Of a stretch of 59,947 nucleotides of DNA, positions 27,418 to 37,489 are shown in pieces. The stretch's first letter is position 1, and the number at the start of each line of letters is the position of its first letter. Made by a program: the position numbers and the translations under genes. This stretch comes from Bacilli bacterium (GTDB taxonomy: Bacteria; Bacillota_I; Bacilli_A; RF39; UBA660), in contig JAQUVS010000004.1 in the NCBI GenBank assembly GCA_028693275.1, forward strand, positions 1-59,947, written 5' to 3'. The notes beneath the pieces are model-generated. The model did no database searches and was not told where the DNA came from. It saw only the letters and a list, made by a program, of their open reading frames with translations.

Positions 27418-28416
27418 TTAAATTATTGATTTTCTTATATAAGTTTCAGCATTTTTATCAATATAAATATCTAATTTACCTTTTTCTACTATTTTGATCC
27501 ATCCTAATCCATTAACAACTATGTCTTCTCTAAATTTAACATCATAATTTGTTTTGGATAAAGTTTTTAATCTATCATTTTGAAGAGATATTTTCTTTAT
27601 TTTTAGAGGATTAGCCATATAAATAGTAAAGCTATTTCTTTCTCCTTCTAAATAATCTATTCTCATAATATCATCTATTATGATTGATTGATTAGGTTTT
27701 ATTTGAAAAGTTTTAGGTTTTATTTCTTTTTTTGGATTTATCTTTTTTAAAGTTTTTTCATCTATATAATTAGTTATATTTTTTCTATCTACTAAACCTG
27801 GTGTATCTATTAATGTTAAAGTTTCTGATAGTTCTATTTCTATTTTGTCAAGAGTAGTTGATGGTAATGGAGATATAGTTAATTCGGTTGGATTATTAGA
27901 ATAATTTTTTAATAATTTATTTATTAATGAACTTTTACCAACGTTTGTATGACCAACTATATATACTCTTTTACTTGTTTGATATTTCTTTATTGTTCTT
28001 AAAAGTAAATCTATATTATAATTTTTCAAAGTACTTATAACTACAATATCTTCATAATTAAGACCTAAATTTTTAAAGTACTCTATGATTTTTTCATCTT
28101 TAACACTTTTAGGTAAAACATCTCTCTTATTTAATACCAATAATATTTTGTTATTAATATAATTTCTTATTTCACTAAGATCTTTATCAATATTTAATAA
28201 ATCTACTACTTGGATAACTAAATCTTTTGTATCATTTATTGATCTTAGTATAGGAATATATTCATCATTTGATTTTGCTACAGTTTGATATTCTCCATAA
28301 TTTTTAATTCTAAAACATCTTTGACATAAATCATTATCTATACTTGTTGTATATCCTTCAAGAGTTATATTATCTTCTTGTAAGGACACACCACAACCAT
28401 TACATTTTTTATTCAT
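27418..28416 (-). CDS. yqeH: Ribosome biogenesis GTPase YqeH
   Basis: CNGC...CQRC, NKRD, GHTNVGKSS, DTPG circularly permuted GTPase. Confidence 0.93.
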   Translation of the reverse strand: MNKKCNGCGVSLQEDNITLEGYTTSIDNDLCQRCFRIKNYGEYQTVAKSNDEYIPILRSINDTKDLVIQVVDLLNIDKDLSEIRNYINNKILLVLNKRDVLPKSVKDEKIIEYFKNLGLNYEDIVVISTLKNYNIDLLLRTIKKYQTSKRVYIVGHTNVGKSSLINKLLKNYSNNPTELTISPLPSTTLDKIEIELSETLTLIDTPGLVDRKNITNYIDEKTLKKINPKKEIKPKTFQIKPNQSIIIDDIMRIDYLEGERNSFTIYMANPLKIKKISLQNDRLKTLSKTNYDVKFREDIVVNGLGWIKIVEKGKLDIYIDKNAETYIRKSII

Positions 28417-28927
28417 AGTAATTCCCCTTCATTAAAAGTTTTTTCTCATTGAATTTTTTTATTACTTTGTTTTCTAGGTATCTATTAAAAGAAGTTATTT
28501 TTAAATCTTTTATTCCTAGTGGGTCTACTAGTATTGATGAAGACCCAAAAACATTTCCTGATTTTATATCAGTCATTATTTGATCACCAATCATAGCCAT
28601 TTCTACTGGTTTTAATTTATATTTTTTAGAAATCTTTTTTAACCCTCTTGTAGATGGTTTCATAGCAAAAGAAACATAATCTACTCCTAATTTATTTGAA
28701 TATGGCATTACTCTTTTTTTATAATTATTAGAAATAATGACTACGATAAATTCTTTTTTTAATTTTTCAAATAAATTTAAGGTTTCTTTATTTACATCTT
28801 CTTGATCTATTAAAGCTATTGTATTGTCTAAATCAAATACTAAGCATTTTATCCCTATTTTTTTTAATTTCTCATATGGGATTTCTTGGATATTTTTTTT
28901 ATACATTCTTGGATAGTATTTATTCAT
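28409..28927 (-). CDS. yqeG: YqeG-family HAD IIIA phosphatase
   Basis: FDLDNTI, ISNN, AMKP, IGDQIMTDI; upstream of yqeH. Confidence 0.93.
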   Translation of the reverse strand: MNKYYPRMYKKNIQEIPYEKLKKIGIKCLVFDLDNTIALIDQEDVNKETLNLFEKLKKEFIVVIISNNYKKRVMPYSNKLGVDYVSFAMKPSTRGLKKISKKYKLKPVEMAMIGDQIMTDIKSGNVFGSSSILVDPLGIKDLKITSFNRYLENKVIKKFNEKKLLMKGNYYE

Positions 28928-28968
28928 TTTATCACCTTCATCATTATACTAAATTTATTATCTTTTGT

Positions 28969-30447
28969 CTAATTAAATACTCTTTGTTTTACCATAGGTG
29001 TATCCATATTTATTTTACCAAATTTATAGCCATTTGCTTTAGCATATCTTATTATATCTCTTAAAGCATCTCTAGTATAATATCTAGTATCATGCATTAA
29101 AACCATGTTTATTCTATTCTTTGATAAGTTTGTTGTTACATTTTTATATACACAATTACTTTTATTAGAGGCATTTGCACATGTGCCAGCATCATTAGCA
29201 TCAATATTCCAATCATAGTATCTAAAACCACGAAGTTGTACATCTTTAACTAATTCTGTCATTATTCCTAATTTATATTTCTTGCTGATTGTATTTGAAC
29301 TTCCTCCAGGAAATCTTATTATTTTAGATTCTACACCAGTAATTTTTCTTACTCTATTAGATACATTATATAAATCCTCATAATATGTTTCTTTAGATTT
29401 ATAAATATTAAAATAATGACTAGCAGTATGAAGTGCTACTGTGTGTCCTTCTTCGTATTCTCTTTTTATTAGGCTATCTGGTCCATAATTTGTTACAAAG
29501 AATGTTGCTTGTATTCCTTCTTCTTTTAATATATCTAAAATAGTATTAGTAGTAGATTCATTTGGTCCGTCATCAAAAGTTAAATATATAACACCATTTT
29601 GATTATAACTAGTATTCATATAACTACCTTTTTCATATACTGTTACTTCTCTTATATTTTCAGATAAGTTACCAGCTGAATCTTTTACTCTATATAGTAT
29701 ATTATATGTACCTGGCTTATCTTTATTAACATTATTTTCTATTTCTACTTGATTATTTAAATCTTTATCGCAATTATCTTCTGTTGTAAAACCTTGTTCA
29801 ATATAAGGACTATTTTTTTCTAGATATACAGTTTTTTGTCCAATTAAATTTATTATTGGTTTTTCTTTATCTATATAATTTATTTTTCTTGTTATTTCAA
29901 CTTTATTATTTGATGAATCTTCTACACTGTAAGTATAATAATCTTTATTTTTTATAACTTTTACATTATTTGTTATATCTTTATCATAATTATCAAAAGC
30001 TTTATATCCTTCTTCTATATATTGTTGGTTTGGACAAAGGTTTGATTTGTTATTATCAATTAAGTTTATGACAGGCTTTTCTTTATCTACAACTTTTATA
30101 ATTCTAATTTTTTTAGTTACATGCATTCCTTTTTTAACTTTATATTCTATTTTATATGTACCTATTTTTTTATAATTAATTTTACCTTTAACCTTTACTT
30201 GATTAGTTATATCTTTATTAATATATTCAGCCTTATATCCTTGATCAATATAAGTTTTTCCGTAATCTAAATTTATTGTATCATTTCCAATTATACTTAT
30301 TTTTGGAGATGAATAATTACTTATTATAAGGGAAATTATGATGATTATGAATTCTAAAATTAAGGGTATACTATTTATTTTTTTAGATTTTATATCATCA
30401 TATATATCTTTGTTTTTTAGTTGTCTACTTACCCTTAATTTTTTCAT
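28969..30447 (-). CDS. Membrane-anchored polysaccharide (probably peptidoglycan) deacetylase with three Ig-like (DUF5011-type) repeats
   Basis: N-terminal TM; repeats P.I.L.G...Y.EQG..A.D..D.D.T..V; NodB motifs TFDDGP, HTASH, RFPGG, DWN, LMHD. Confidence 0.9.
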   Translation of the reverse strand: MKKLRVSRQLKNKDIYDDIKSKKINSIPLILEFIIIIISLIISNYSSPKISIIGNDTINLDYGKTYIDQGYKAEYINKDITNQVKVKGKINYKKIGTYKIEYKVKKGMHVTKKIRIIKVVDKEKPVINLIDNNKSNLCPNQQYIEEGYKAFDNYDKDITNNVKVIKNKDYYTYSVEDSSNNKVEITRKINYIDKEKPIINLIGQKTVYLEKNSPYIEQGFTTEDNCDKDLNNQVEIENNVNKDKPGTYNILYRVKDSAGNLSENIREVTVYEKGSYMNTSYNQNGVIYLTFDDGPNESTTNTILDILKEEGIQATFFVTNYGPDSLIKREYEEGHTVALHTASHYFNIYKSKETYYEDLYNVSNRVRKITGVESKIIRFPGGSSNTISKKYKLGIMTELVKDVQLRGFRYYDWNIDANDAGTCANASNKSNCVYKNVTTNLSKNRINMVLMHDTRYYTRDALRDIIRYAKANGYKFGKINMDTPMVKQRVFN

Positions 30448-30458
30448 AATCTCACCCT

Positions 30459-31865
30459 TTAATTAAAATATTTATCTATTTCTTCTTTGTCAGAATATGG
30501 CAAATATTCATCATTTATTGCCATATAATTATCCGTTCCTTTTCCAGTAATTAAAACTATATCGTTTTCTTTAGCTATACTTAAAGCTTTCTTTATGGCT
30601 TCTGTTCTATCTTCTATTATTTCATAATTATTTTTAGTTACATTTGTTAACATATCTTTAATTATATCTAGTACTTTTTCATTTCTAGGATCATCCATTG
30701 TAAATATTACATGATCTGATAAATCACTAACTATTTTACCCATAGGTCCTCTTTTATCTTTTTGTCTTCCACCAGCTGATCCTGTTACAGTTATTATTCT
30801 ATTAGTTTTTATCTGCTTTAACATACCTAAAACCTTTTCCAAAGCATCAGGAGTATGGGCATAATCTAATACTATACTATAATTTTGTCCATACGATAAA
30901 AAGTCTACTCTTCCACTTGGATTCTTTATGTTTGGAATTCTATTTATTATTTCATCTATATTCATTCCTAAAGAAATTAAAGCTAAAATAGCACCAGCAA
31001 GGTTATAGATATTAAATTCTCCTACTAAAGGACTAGCTACTTTATATATGTTGTTTTTGTAATTAAAATCTATTATTGTTTTATCTTTCTCTAATTTATA
31101 ATTTTCAAAAGATAGGTCTGCTTCTTTTTTACCATAAGTTAATACATTTGATTTTACTCTTTTTAATTCCATATCATAATATTGATCATCTTTATTTAGG
31201 ATTGCATAACCGTCTGGAATTATATGATCTAATAGTTTTAATTTTGATTCTACGTAATTTTCTATAGTTTTATGAATATTCAAATGATCTTCTGTTATAT
31301 TTGTTATTATTCCTACTTTAAATTCTATATAATCTAATCTATTTCTAAAGTATGCTTCACTTGATGTTTCTATACTTAAGTATTTGGCTTCTGCTTTTAC
31401 AAATTTATCAAAATACTTATATAATCTATCTGCATCAGGAGTAGTATTCTTTAAAGTTTCTCTAAACTTTTTACATATAGCTCCATTTGTACCCATATAT
31501 GCGCAAATATCTTCTCCTAATAACTGTTGTATTATTGAAGCTACTGTTGTTTTACCGTTTGTTCCTGTTGTTGCTATTATATTTAATTTTTTTTGAGGAT
31601 AATCAAATAATTTCATAGCAAGAAGTGGTAATTCTTTATTTGTATCTTCTACCTTTATTGTTGGAACATTAAAATTAACATCTTTACTGACTACAATTGC
31701 ACTTGCTCCATTATTTATTGCTTCTTCTATAAAATCGTGTCTATCTGCCGTAATTCCTGTTGTACAAACAAAAATATCTCCTTTATTAACTTCTTTAGAG
31801 TTAATTTTGATATCATCTATTTCTACATCATAATCACAATTATATAATTCATTTAATTTTTTCAT
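30459..31865 (-). CDS. murE: UDP-MurNAc-dipeptide:amino acid ligase MurE; start revised to 31865
   Basis: TGTNGKTT, ETSS, NITEDHL, LDYAHTPDA, DKRGPMG, DDPR, TGKG. Confidence 0.95.
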   Translation of the reverse strand: MKKLNELYNCDYDVEIDDIKINSKEVNKGDIFVCTTGITADRHDFIEEAINNGASAIVVSKDVNFNVPTIKVEDTNKELPLLAMKLFDYPQKKLNIIATTGTNGKTTVASIIQQLLGEDICAYMGTNGAICKKFRETLKNTTPDADRLYKYFDKFVKAEAKYLSIETSSEAYFRNRLDYIEFKVGIITNITEDHLNIHKTIENYVESKLKLLDHIIPDGYAILNKDDQYYDMELKRVKSNVLTYGKKEADLSFENYKLEKDKTIIDFNYKNNIYKVASPLVGEFNIYNLAGAILALISLGMNIDEIINRIPNIKNPSGRVDFLSYGQNYSIVLDYAHTPDALEKVLGMLKQIKTNRIITVTGSAGGRQKDKRGPMGKIVSDLSDHVIFTMDDPRNEKVLDIIKDMLTNVTKNNYEIIEDRTEAIKKALSIAKENDIVLITGKGTDNYMAINDEYLPYSDKEEIDKYFN

Positions 31866-32737
31866 TGTACCTCCCAAAACATCTTGTGTGGTTTCATTTT
31901 ATTATTATCTTTTTCATATATTTTATATAAAGCAAGAAGCTCATTTTCTTTATTATATATTAAAACACTTTCATAGTCTTCTATTTTATCGATAATTGCT
32001 CCGTTCTTTACACTTTTTGCTAAAGCTTCATCTACAGTTACCTTATTGTAATTAGAAAGAGCATCTTCAATTTTTATTAATTTACTATATGATATATCAT
32101 CTACTTCAATAGCATCTTTTAACAAGAAAATTCCTTGTCTTGTTCTTTTTAAATTTTTCATTGTAGCATAAAATCCAAGTTCTTTTCCTATATCATCTAT
32201 TAAACTTCTTATATAAGTACCTTTACTTACAGTTGTTCTAATATTAAAACATGGCTTATCTTTTTCATAATAAATATTACTTATTAAATCTATGTTAAAT
32301 ATATTTACATCTCTTTTAGGTAATTCTACTTCTATATTATTTCTAGCATATTCATATAATCTTTTTCCATTTACATGAACTGCAGAATATAATGGAACAG
32401 TTTGATTATTTATTCCTACTAGTTTACTAATTGCTTCTTGTATTTCTTCTTTTGTTATTTTTATATCTTTATTTTCGTCTATTATAGTACCAGTTATATC
32501 ATTAGTTGTTGTAAGTATGCCTAGAATTATTTCTGCTTCATATTCTTTATCATCGCTTGTTAATAATTCAATAATTTTAGTTCCTTTATTTACTCCCATT
32601 ACTAAAACACCTGTTGCTAAAGGGTCAAGTGTCCCAGTATGTCCAATTTTTTTTGTATTTAATTTTTTACAAGCTATATTTACTATATCTCTACTTGTAA
32701 ATCCTTCTTTTTTATTTACTACTATAATTCCATTCAT
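31862..32737 (-). CDS. truB: tRNA pseudouridine(55) synthase; start revised to 32737
   Basis: KIGHTGTLDPLATGVL, YSAVHVNGKRLYEYAR, SKGTYIRSL. Confidence 0.97.
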   Translation of the reverse strand: MNGIIVVNKKEGFTSRDIVNIACKKLNTKKIGHTGTLDPLATGVLVMGVNKGTKIIELLTSDDKEYEAEIILGILTTTNDITGTIIDENKDIKITKEEIQEAISKLVGINNQTVPLYSAVHVNGKRLYEYARNNIEVELPKRDVNIFNIDLISNIYYEKDKPCFNIRTTVSKGTYIRSLIDDIGKELGFYATMKNLKRTRQGIFLLKDAIEVDDISYSKLIKIEDALSNYNKVTVDEALAKSVKNGAIIDKIEDYESVLIYNKENELLALYKIYEKDNNKMKPHKMFWEVQ

Positions 32738-32793
32738 AATACCACTCCATATATATTTTAACATACAAAATAAAAAAAATTAGTATTTTCATA

Positions 32794-33141
32794 CTAATTT
32801 TCTTCTTCATTATTTAGTTTATCTAAAATATTTTCTATTTTATTTCCATATTCTATTGAATCATCATAAATAAATTTTAGTTCAGGAGTATGTCTTACAT
32901 CAACTCTCTCACTAAGTTTACCTCTAATAAAAGATGCAGCTCTTTTCAAAGCTTTATCTGTTTCTACTTTTTTAGTTAAATCTAAAACTGTATAGAAAAC
33001 TTTGGCAAATGATAAATCACTAGTAATTTCACAATCTGTTATTGTTACAAATTTGATATTTTGATCTTTTACTTCTGTCATTAAAATATAACTTATTTCT
33101 TCTACAAAAGTATCATTTAATCTTTCAATTTTAACGCTCAT
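32794..33141 (-). CDS. rbfA: Ribosome-binding factor A
   Basis: TSDLSFAKVFY, RHTPELKFIYDDS. Confidence 0.96.
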   Translation of the reverse strand: MSVKIERLNDTFVEEISYILMTEVKDQNIKFVTITDCEITSDLSFAKVFYTVLDLTKKVETDKALKRAASFIRGKLSERVDVRHTPELKFIYDDSIEYGNKIENILDKLNNEEEN

Positions 33142-33152
33142 TTAAACACCTT

Positions 33153-35264
33153 CTATCTTTTTATTTCAACTAATTCATATGATTCTATTATATCGTTTTC
33201 TTTTATATCTTGATATTTTTCTAATGTAATACCGCAGTCATATCCTTTGGCTACTTCTTTAGCTTGATCTTTTTCTCTTTGAATAGATTTTATTTTACCA
33301 TCATATACAACAACACCATCTCTAATAACTCTTGCACTACTATTAGTAACAACTTTACCTTTAGTAACGTGGCTACCAGCAATATTTCCTATTTTAGAAA
33401 ATTTAAATATTTGTCTTATTTCGGCTTCACCTAATATTTTTTCTTCAAAGATTGGTTCTAACATTCCCTTCATAGCAAGTTCTATATCTTCAACTAGTTT
33501 ATATATTATATTATATAATCTAATATCTACACCTTTTTCTTTTGCTATTTCAGTTGTTTTATAGTTTGGTCTTACATTAAATCCTATTAGAATTGCATTT
33601 GATGCTTTAGCTAGAACTATATCACTTTCTGTAATTGTTCCTACACCACTTCTAATAACATTAACTCTTACTTCTTCTACTCTTATCTTTTCTAAAGATT
33701 GTTTTACAGCTTCTTGACTACCATTAACATCAGCTTTGATTATGACATTAATTTCTTTTATACCTTCTTTAATAGCTCCGAAAAGGTCTTCCAACGTCAT
33801 ACCTGATTTGTTTGTATCTTTTTCTTTAAAACGAGCAAATCTTTCTGATGAAATTGTTTTAGCTTCTTTTTCTGTTTCAAAAGCCATAAATTTATCACCT
33901 GCTGAAGGTAATTCACTAAGTCCTGTTATTTCAACTGGCATAGATGGTAATGCTTCAACTATATCTTTACCTAAATCATTTTTTAAAGTTCTAACTTTAC
34001 CATAACTTGTTCCAATTACAACTGGATCTCCTAGTCTTAGGGTTCCATTTTGAATTAAACAAGTTACTACTGAACCTATTTGTTTATCTAATTTAGCTTC
34101 TATAACAGTTCCTGTTGCATAACGATTTTTGTTGGCTTTTAATTCTTTCATTTCGCTTACAAGTAAGATTGTTTCAAGTAAATTATCAATTCCTTCACCT
34201 GTTAAAGCAGAAATTTTAACAACAATAGTATCTCCACCCCAAGCTTCCGGAGTTAAACCATATTCTACTAATTCAGTTAAAACTCTATCAGGATTTGCTC
34301 CTGGTTTATCCATTTTATTAATAGCTACTATTATTGGTACATTAGCTGCTTTGGCATGGTCTATTGCTTCTTTTGTTTGCGGCATTACACCATCATCTGC
34401 TGCAACAATTATAATTACTATATCGGTTACACTTGCACCTCTTGCACGCATTTCAGTGAAAGCTTCATGTCCTGGAGTATCTATGAATGTAATTTTCTTT
34501 CCTTTACATTCTACTTGGTAAGCACCAATTGCTTGAGTTATACCACCAGCTTCTTTATCAGTTATGTTACTATTTCTAATAGCATCTAGTAATGAAGTTT
34601 TACCATGGTCTACATGTCCCATAATTGTTACTACTGGAGGTCTTTCTTCTAAATCTTCACTATTATCTATGATTTCAAAATTTTCAAAATTAGATATATC
34701 TACTGATTCTTCTTTTTTTAATTCTTTATTATAATCAGCTACTAATAATTCTGCTACATCATAAGCAACAGCATGATTTACAACGGCCATTATTCCTAAG
34801 GCCATTAATTTTTTTATTAATTCTGAAGGAAGTACTTCTAATTGATTTGCTAATTCTCCAACTGTTATTCCCTCTTTATAAATAACAACATTTTCCATAG
34901 AATTATCTTGATTACTCATCAATTTATCTCTATGTTTGTACATTTCTTTTTTATCTTTTTTGAAAGTATCTACTTGATTTATTACCTTTTTAGGTTTTAT
35001 TTTGGTTTTACCTTTTTCTTCAGTCATTTTTGTTTCACTTGCCAAAGATTCTACCTTTTCAAAGAAATCGTCATCATCATTATAATCATTTTCTTCTTGA
35101 ATATAATCTTCTAGATCTTGAACTTCATTATCTAGTAAAACTATATCATCCTCACTTAGTAAATCATCAGCATTACTCTTTTTTATGCCTAATTTTTCAC
35201 ATAGCTTTATAATATCTGATACATTCTTTTTTACATCTTCTGCGTATTCTAAAATACTCATCAT
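33153..35264 (-). CDS. infB: Translation initiation factor IF-2
   Basis: [46 protein letters not shown]. Confidence 0.99.
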   Translation of the reverse strand: MMSILEYAEDVKKNVSDIIKLCEKLGIKKSNADDLLSEDDIVLLDNEVQDLEDYIQEENDYNDDDDFFEKVESLASETKMTEEKGKTKIKPKKVINQVDTFKKDKKEMYKHRDKLMSNQDNSMENVVIYKEGITVGELANQLEVLPSELIKKLMALGIMAVVNHAVAYDVAELLVADYNKELKKEESVDISNFENFEIIDNSEDLEERPPVVTIMGHVDHGKTSLLDAIRNSNITDKEAGGITQAIGAYQVECKGKKITFIDTPGHEAFTEMRARGASVTDIVIIIVAADDGVMPQTKEAIDHAKAANVPIIVAINKMDKPGANPDRVLTELVEYGLTPEAWGGDTIVVKISALTGEGIDNLLETILLVSEMKELKANKNRYATGTVIEAKLDKQIGSVVTCLIQNGTLRLGDPVVIGTSYGKVRTLKNDLGKDIVEALPSMPVEITGLSELPSAGDKFMAFETEKEAKTISSERFARFKEKDTNKSGMTLEDLFGAIKEGIKEINVIIKADVNGSQEAVKQSLEKIRVEEVRVNVIRSGVGTITESDIVLAKASNAILIGFNVRPNYKTTEIAKEKGVDIRLYNIIYKLVEDIELAMKGMLEPIFEEKILGEAEIRQIFKFSKIGNIAGSHVTKGKVVTNSSARVIRDGVVVYDGKIKSIQREKDQAKEVAKGYDCGITLEKYQDIKENDIIESYELVEIKR

Positions 35265-35282
35265 ATGTATCACCTTCTTTCT

Positions 35283-35741
35283 TTATTTTTCTTGATACTT
35301 AACCAATTCGATATTACTTTCTTCTAATAATTCTCTTGATAATTCATCATTATAATCGCTTAAGTAAACTATTCTACTTATTCCAGCGTTTATTATCATT
35401 CTTGCACATATTGAACAAGGAAAAGTATTTACATAAATTGTTGCTTTATCTATTTTTATTCCTGATTCAGCGGCTTGAATTATAGCATTTTGTTCAGCGT
35501 GAACTGCTCTACAAATTTCTTGTCTAGTACCACTTGGGATATTTTGTTGTTGCCTTAGGCACCCACCTAATTCACTACAATGTTTTAATCCTTTTGGAGG
35601 TCCGTTATAACCTGTTGTTTTTATTTTATTATCAATAGTTATTACTGCTCCAACTTGTCTTCTACATGTACTTCTTTTACTAACTACTTTAGTAATTTCC
35701 ATAAAATAATCATCCCAACTGATTCTATTCATTTTATTCAC
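35283..35741 (-). CDS. dCMP deaminase family (ComEB-like)
   Basis: [40 protein letters not shown]. Confidence 0.9.
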   Translation of the reverse strand: MNKMNRISWDDYFMEITKVVSKRSTCRRQVGAVITIDNKIKTTGYNGPPKGLKHCSELGGCLRQQQNIPSGTRQEICRAVHAEQNAIIQAAESGIKIDKATIYVNTFPCSICARMIINAGISRIVYLSDYNDELSRELLEESNIELVKYQEK

Positions 35742-36000
35742 CTGTTTCTATTATTCTTTTTATTTCTTCATATATGTCTTCTTTAATTGGACATTCTAAG
35801 TGTCTTTCTAATGCTTTTGACTTAATTGCTTTATTTAATACTTCTAAATCTTTTTTTATGTAAGCCCCTCTTCCATTTAACTTTCCAGTTAAATCGATTG
35901 ATACTTCATTTTCTTTATTTCTTACTATTCTTAGCAATTGTTTCTTTTCTAATTTTTCTCTAGTAACTACACAACTTCTTAATGGTACTTTTTTATTCAT
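35734..36000 (-). CDS. ylxR: YlxR (RnpM, DUF448) family protein; start revised to 36000
   Basis: [21 protein letters not shown]. Confidence 0.93.
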   Translation of the reverse strand: MNKKVPLRSCVVTREKLEKKQLLRIVRNKENEVSIDLTGKLNGRGAYIKKDLEVLNKAIKSKALERHLECPIKEDIYEEIKRIIETGE

Positions 36001-37060
36001 TTCTAAAATTAATTCCCATTTCGCTAGCTTGCTCATTATTTTTAATATCTATTTTATAATGAGTCAATCTAGATGCTAATCTAGCATTTTGTCCTTTTTT
36101 ACCAATTGCTAAAGAAAAATTATCATCTTCTGCTACTACTAAAGCTTCTTGTTTTTTTGGATCCATTATTATTACTTTTAAGTTTTTTGCAGGTGATAGA
36201 GCATTTTCAATAAATACTTCTGGAGCTTTATCATATTTTACTATATCTACTTTTTCTCCATTTAATTCTTCAAGAATTCTTGCTATTCTAGTTCCTCTTT
36301 CACCAATACATGAACCAATAGGATCTACTTTAGAATTTTCTGAATAAACTGCTACTTTACTTCTATTTCCAGCATCTCTTGCTACGCTATATAAAAGTAC
36401 AGTTCCATCTGATATTTCAGGTATTTCTAATTCAAATAATCTTTTTAAGAAACCATAATGAGTTCTTGATAATAAAATTAATAAGCCTTTTCCATTATTA
36501 TCAACTTTACTTACATAAACTTTTATTGTATCTCCCATTTTGATCTTTTCACCTGGAATACATTCTTTTTTAGGTAAGATACCATTGCTTCTTCCAAGAT
36601 TAATATAGTAATTATCAGTATCTTCTAAATCTACTGTTCCTATTAATAATTCGTCTTGTTTATCACCGAAATCACTCATGATACTATTTCTTTCAGCTTC
36701 TCTTATTTTTTGTACTAAAACTTGTTTAGCTGTTGAAGTAGCTACCCTACCAAAATCTTTTGGAGTTACTTCAGTATCAATTGTATCTTCTAGATTATAT
36801 GTTTTGTTTATTTTTCTAGCATCTTCTAAGCTAATTTCTAAATATTCATCTTCTACTTCTTCAACAACAGTCAAATATGAATATACTTTTATTTCTCCAG
36901 TTTTTTTATCGATTATAACTTTTACATTTGGCATTGAATCAAAATTCTTTTTATAAGCTGCTATTAATGCTGCTTCCATTGCTTCAAATATAATAGTTCT
37001 ATCTATTCCTTTTTCTTTTTCTAATAAATCTACTGCTTTAATAAATTCTTTACCATTCAT
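35993..37060 (-). CDS. nusA: Transcription elongation factor NusA
   Basis: FGRVATSTAKQ, S1 domain, RDAGNRSKVAV, GSCIGERG, AIGKKGQNARLA. Confidence 0.98.
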   Translation of the reverse strand: MNGKEFIKAVDLLEKEKGIDRTIIFEAMEAALIAAYKKNFDSMPNVKVIIDKKTGEIKVYSYLTVVEEVEDEYLEISLEDARKINKTYNLEDTIDTEVTPKDFGRVATSTAKQVLVQKIREAERNSIMSDFGDKQDELLIGTVDLEDTDNYYINLGRSNGILPKKECIPGEKIKMGDTIKVYVSKVDNNGKGLLILLSRTHYGFLKRLFELEIPEISDGTVLLYSVARDAGNRSKVAVYSENSKVDPIGSCIGERGTRIARILEELNGEKVDIVKYDKAPEVFIENALSPAKNLKVIIMDPKKQEALVVAEDDNFSLAIGKKGQNARLASRLTHYKIDIKNNEQASEMGINFRNE

Positions 37061-37311
37061 TATTTTTCTTCTCCTTTTGACTTAGCATATACATCAAGTA
37101 TATATTCGTCGTATTCTAAATTCATTTTATCTATAATTGGATTCATAATTCTAGTTGCCATTGTTACTTTTTTTAGGTCAATTATTTCTTTACTATCTAG
37201 GACTATTCTTAAGTAATTTGTTTTACCTTCAGTTTCATATATTACTTCATCAATGAATACTTCTAAATTATCAAGTTTATCCCCAATAGCTTCTATTAGT
37301 CTTTCTTTCAT
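37060..37311 (-). CDS. rimP: Truncated RimP (N-terminal domain only)
   Basis: YLRIVLDSKEIIDL..V..AT..M.P.ID...YILDV; first gene of the nusA operon; 83 aa. Confidence 0.8.
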   Translation of the reverse strand: MKERLIEAIGDKLDNLEVFIDEVIYETEGKTNYLRIVLDSKEIIDLKKVTMATRIMNPIIDKMNLEYDEYILDVYAKSKGEEK

Positions 37312-37334
37312 TATTACCTCCTATTAAATATAAA

Positions 37335-37356
37335 GAGTGGGCTTTTATTCCCACTC
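37335..37356 (-). promoter_or_regulatory. Conserved rimP-nusA leader hairpin
   Basis: GAGTGGG-aataaaag-CCCACTC inverted repeat upstream of rimP, matching the recalled GAGTGGG/CCCACTC Bacillota rimP leader. Confidence 0.7.
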
Positions 37357-37489
37357 CTTTCATGTAAATAATTATATCATATAGTTGTAAAATTTTAAAG
37401 AATTTTTTTATTTAATTTGTTTTTAATATTATTTATCTTCTATTTATGTTAGAATACTATTAGATAATTTATAGAATTGAGGTTTATTT

